A stretch of 64,000 nucleotides of DNA from Clostridia bacterium (GTDB taxonomy: Bacteria > Bacillota > Peptococcia > DRI-13 > SM3-B62). This document shows, piece by piece, positions 62,812 to 64,000 of the stretch. The stretch covers positions 105,234-169,233 of the forward strand of contig JAHDSQ010000004.1 in NCBI GenBank assembly GCA_018432615.1. The letters run 5' to 3'. Made by a program: the position numbers and the translations under genes. Under the pieces are notes generated by a model. The model was not told where the DNA came from. It saw nothing but the letters and a program-made list of their open reading frames with translations, and made no database searches. Each line of letters opens with the position of its first letter. The first letter of the stretch is position 1.

Positions 62812-63549
62812 ATGGCATGGCGAAAGTGGCGGGACGCCCTTTATGAATTGCTTTTTCCGGGGAGCCATCAGTGTTTTTTCTGCTGGAAAGAAGTTGAGGG
62901 ACAAGTGGTCAAGGGAGTGTGCGAAGAGTGCGAAGAGAAGATCATGGCCTTGCATAAGGAACTGTCCGGTTGCCCGCGGTGCGGGCATTTTACGGGAGGA
63001 AAGGAATGCCCAAATTGTTACGATTGGGGCGATGTTCCCGGAAGAATCTTGAGCGTTGTACCATACAGCGGTATCTACAGGGACATGGTGTATTCCTTAA
63101 AATACGGGGGAAGGGAGGAACTGGCGGATCCTTTGAGTTATCTGATGGCTCAAAGGTACGATGCCTCCGAGTTGAGCAAGGGAGTCGACCTTATCATGTC
63201 TGTGCCCCTTCATCCGGACAGGGAAGAGGAACGGGGATATAACCAGAGCGCCTGGTTGGCCCGGCGCGTGGCAGGATGGCTGGGGAAAAGGTATGACGGA
63301 GAGAATCTTGTCAGGTTGCGTTATGAGAGGGCACAAACAGGATTGAAGAGGGAAAAGCGGAAGGAGAACATGGCCTTTGCTTTCGGAGTTGCGTTTCCGG
63401 AGAAGGTGAGGAATAAAAGAATAATCCTGATAGATGATGTGACAACGACGGGGGCTACCCTTAATGCCTGTATGCGCGTGCTTTACGAGGCCGAGGCGAA
63501 GGAGGTTGTGGCCTTGACCTGGGCGGCAGGATACGAAAAAATTGTTTAA
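62812..63549 (+). CDS. comFC: ComF-family protein (ComFC-type Zn-finger + phosphoribosyltransferase fold)
   Basis: CFFC...CEEC...CPRCG...CPNC cysteine pairs and IILIDDVTTTGATL PRTase motif. Confidence 0.8.
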   Translation: MAWRKWRDALYELLFPGSHQCFFCWKEVEGQVVKGVCEECEEKIMALHKELSGCPRCGHFTGGKECPNCYDWGDVPGRILSVVPYSGIYRDMVYSLKYGGREELADPLSYLMAQRYDASELSKGVDLIMSVPLHPDREEERGYNQSAWLARRVAGWLGKRYDGENLVRLRYERAQTGLKREKRKENMAFAFGVAFPEKVRNKRIILIDDVTTTGATLNACMRVLYEAEAKEVVALTWAAGYEKIV

Positions 63550-63647
63550 TGAAGCAGGAAGAAAGTCCTTTCATAGAGAATAATGGCGGTAAGAGGGAAG
63601 AAACACGGTCAAATTTGTGGGGAGAAGTGTTATAGGAGGTAGGGAGA

Positions 63648-64000
63648 ATGGAACTGAGAAATTGTCCTGAGTGTGGGAAGGTCTTTACATATATCAGAAC
63701 AAACCTGTGTCCCGCCTGTCAGGAAAAAGACGAGAAAAACTTTCGTCTTGTGCGGTCTTTCATTGTTAGAAATCCTAGTGCGAATATCAAGATCGTCAGT
63801 GAAGAAACGGGTGTGAGTGAGACCAGTATTTTACGGTATCTCAAGGAAGAACGGATTAGTCTTGCCAGCAATGTGGTAGAAGGAAAACTGACCTGTGAAA
63901 TATGCGGTGCCACTATTTCCAGTGGCAGACTCTGCAAGGCTTGTGCTGAGAAATTGACAACGGGAATAAAAAGGGAATTCAAGGAGGAAAACGAAAGGCA
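63648..64000 (+). CDS. YvyF-like flagellar-operon zinc-ribbon protein (partial, runs off the window)
   Basis: MELRNCPECGKVFTYIRTNLCPACQEKDEKNFRLVRSFI...LTCEICGATISSGRLCKAC. RBS ggaggtaggga. It follows comFC as in Bacillus. Confidence 0.6.
   Translation, partial: MELRNCPECGKVFTYIRTNLCPACQEKDEKNFRLVRSFIVRNPSANIKIVSEETGVSETSILRYLKEERISLASNVVEGKLTCEICGATISSGRLCKACAEKLTTGIKREFKEENER

Overview
The window reads as a Firmicutes/Clostridia-type chromosome segment. Supporting genes are codY, degS/degU, comFC-yvyF and LCP/TagA/TagO/CsaB wall-polymer genes, plus copper-amine-oxidase-N 'stalk' domains; there is no outer-membrane biogenesis gene. No rRNA, tRNA, CRISPR array, transposase or integrase was recognised.

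Layout:
(1) 1-3.2 kb: visibly AT-rich toxin-antitoxin junkyard (degenerate hicA + hicB, YafQ-tail remnant, HTH-Uma2 nuclease, AbrB, small antitoxin + RelE/ParE).
(2) 3.5-22.8 kb: cell-envelope cluster. It holds a CuAO-N domain protein, two LCP ligases, TagA, a 911-aa S-layer-like protein without SLH domains, a TolC-like protein, a lipoprotein, two exported FAD-fold paralogs, a large polytopic membrane protein, CsaB, MurJ-type flippase, FabZ, TagO and an SH3b protein.
(3) 22.8-29.8 kb: cardiolipin synthase and a TetR-controlled RND efflux operon.
(4) 30.2-32.3 kb: Nif3-like protein + membrane protein operon behind a long leader, followed by a Fic remnant.
(5) 33.0-37.7 kb: GntR-TRAP(dctPQM) operon ending in a sensor-less sigma-54 activator.
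(6) 38.2-42.7 kb: ilvC, a hypothetical gene, icd and a biotin-domain-less carboxyltransferase.
(7) 42.9-53.5 kb: degS/degU, an AT-rich islet with a 3x39-bp repeat gene, and a complete secretin-less Tad/Flp pilus locus whose flp pilin gene is absent from the ORF track.
(8) 53.6-62.7 kb: codY, then an AT-rich accessory island. The codY 3' tail is present three times in direct orientation and brackets an AAA-ATPase/RloB cassette and an MNT/HEPN cassette. After it come a solitary hicB, hicAB, an AbrB gene, a secreted RCC1-FN3 protein and mazEF.
(9) 62.8-64.0 kb: comFC and yvyF-like (partial).

The most notable observation is this integrase-less cassette accretion at the codY 3' end. Also worth a look: a CsaB/SCWP cluster whose S-layer protein lacks SLH domains while two exported FAD-fold paralogs carry SLH-like tails, and a sigma-54 -24/-12 element upstream of ilvC.
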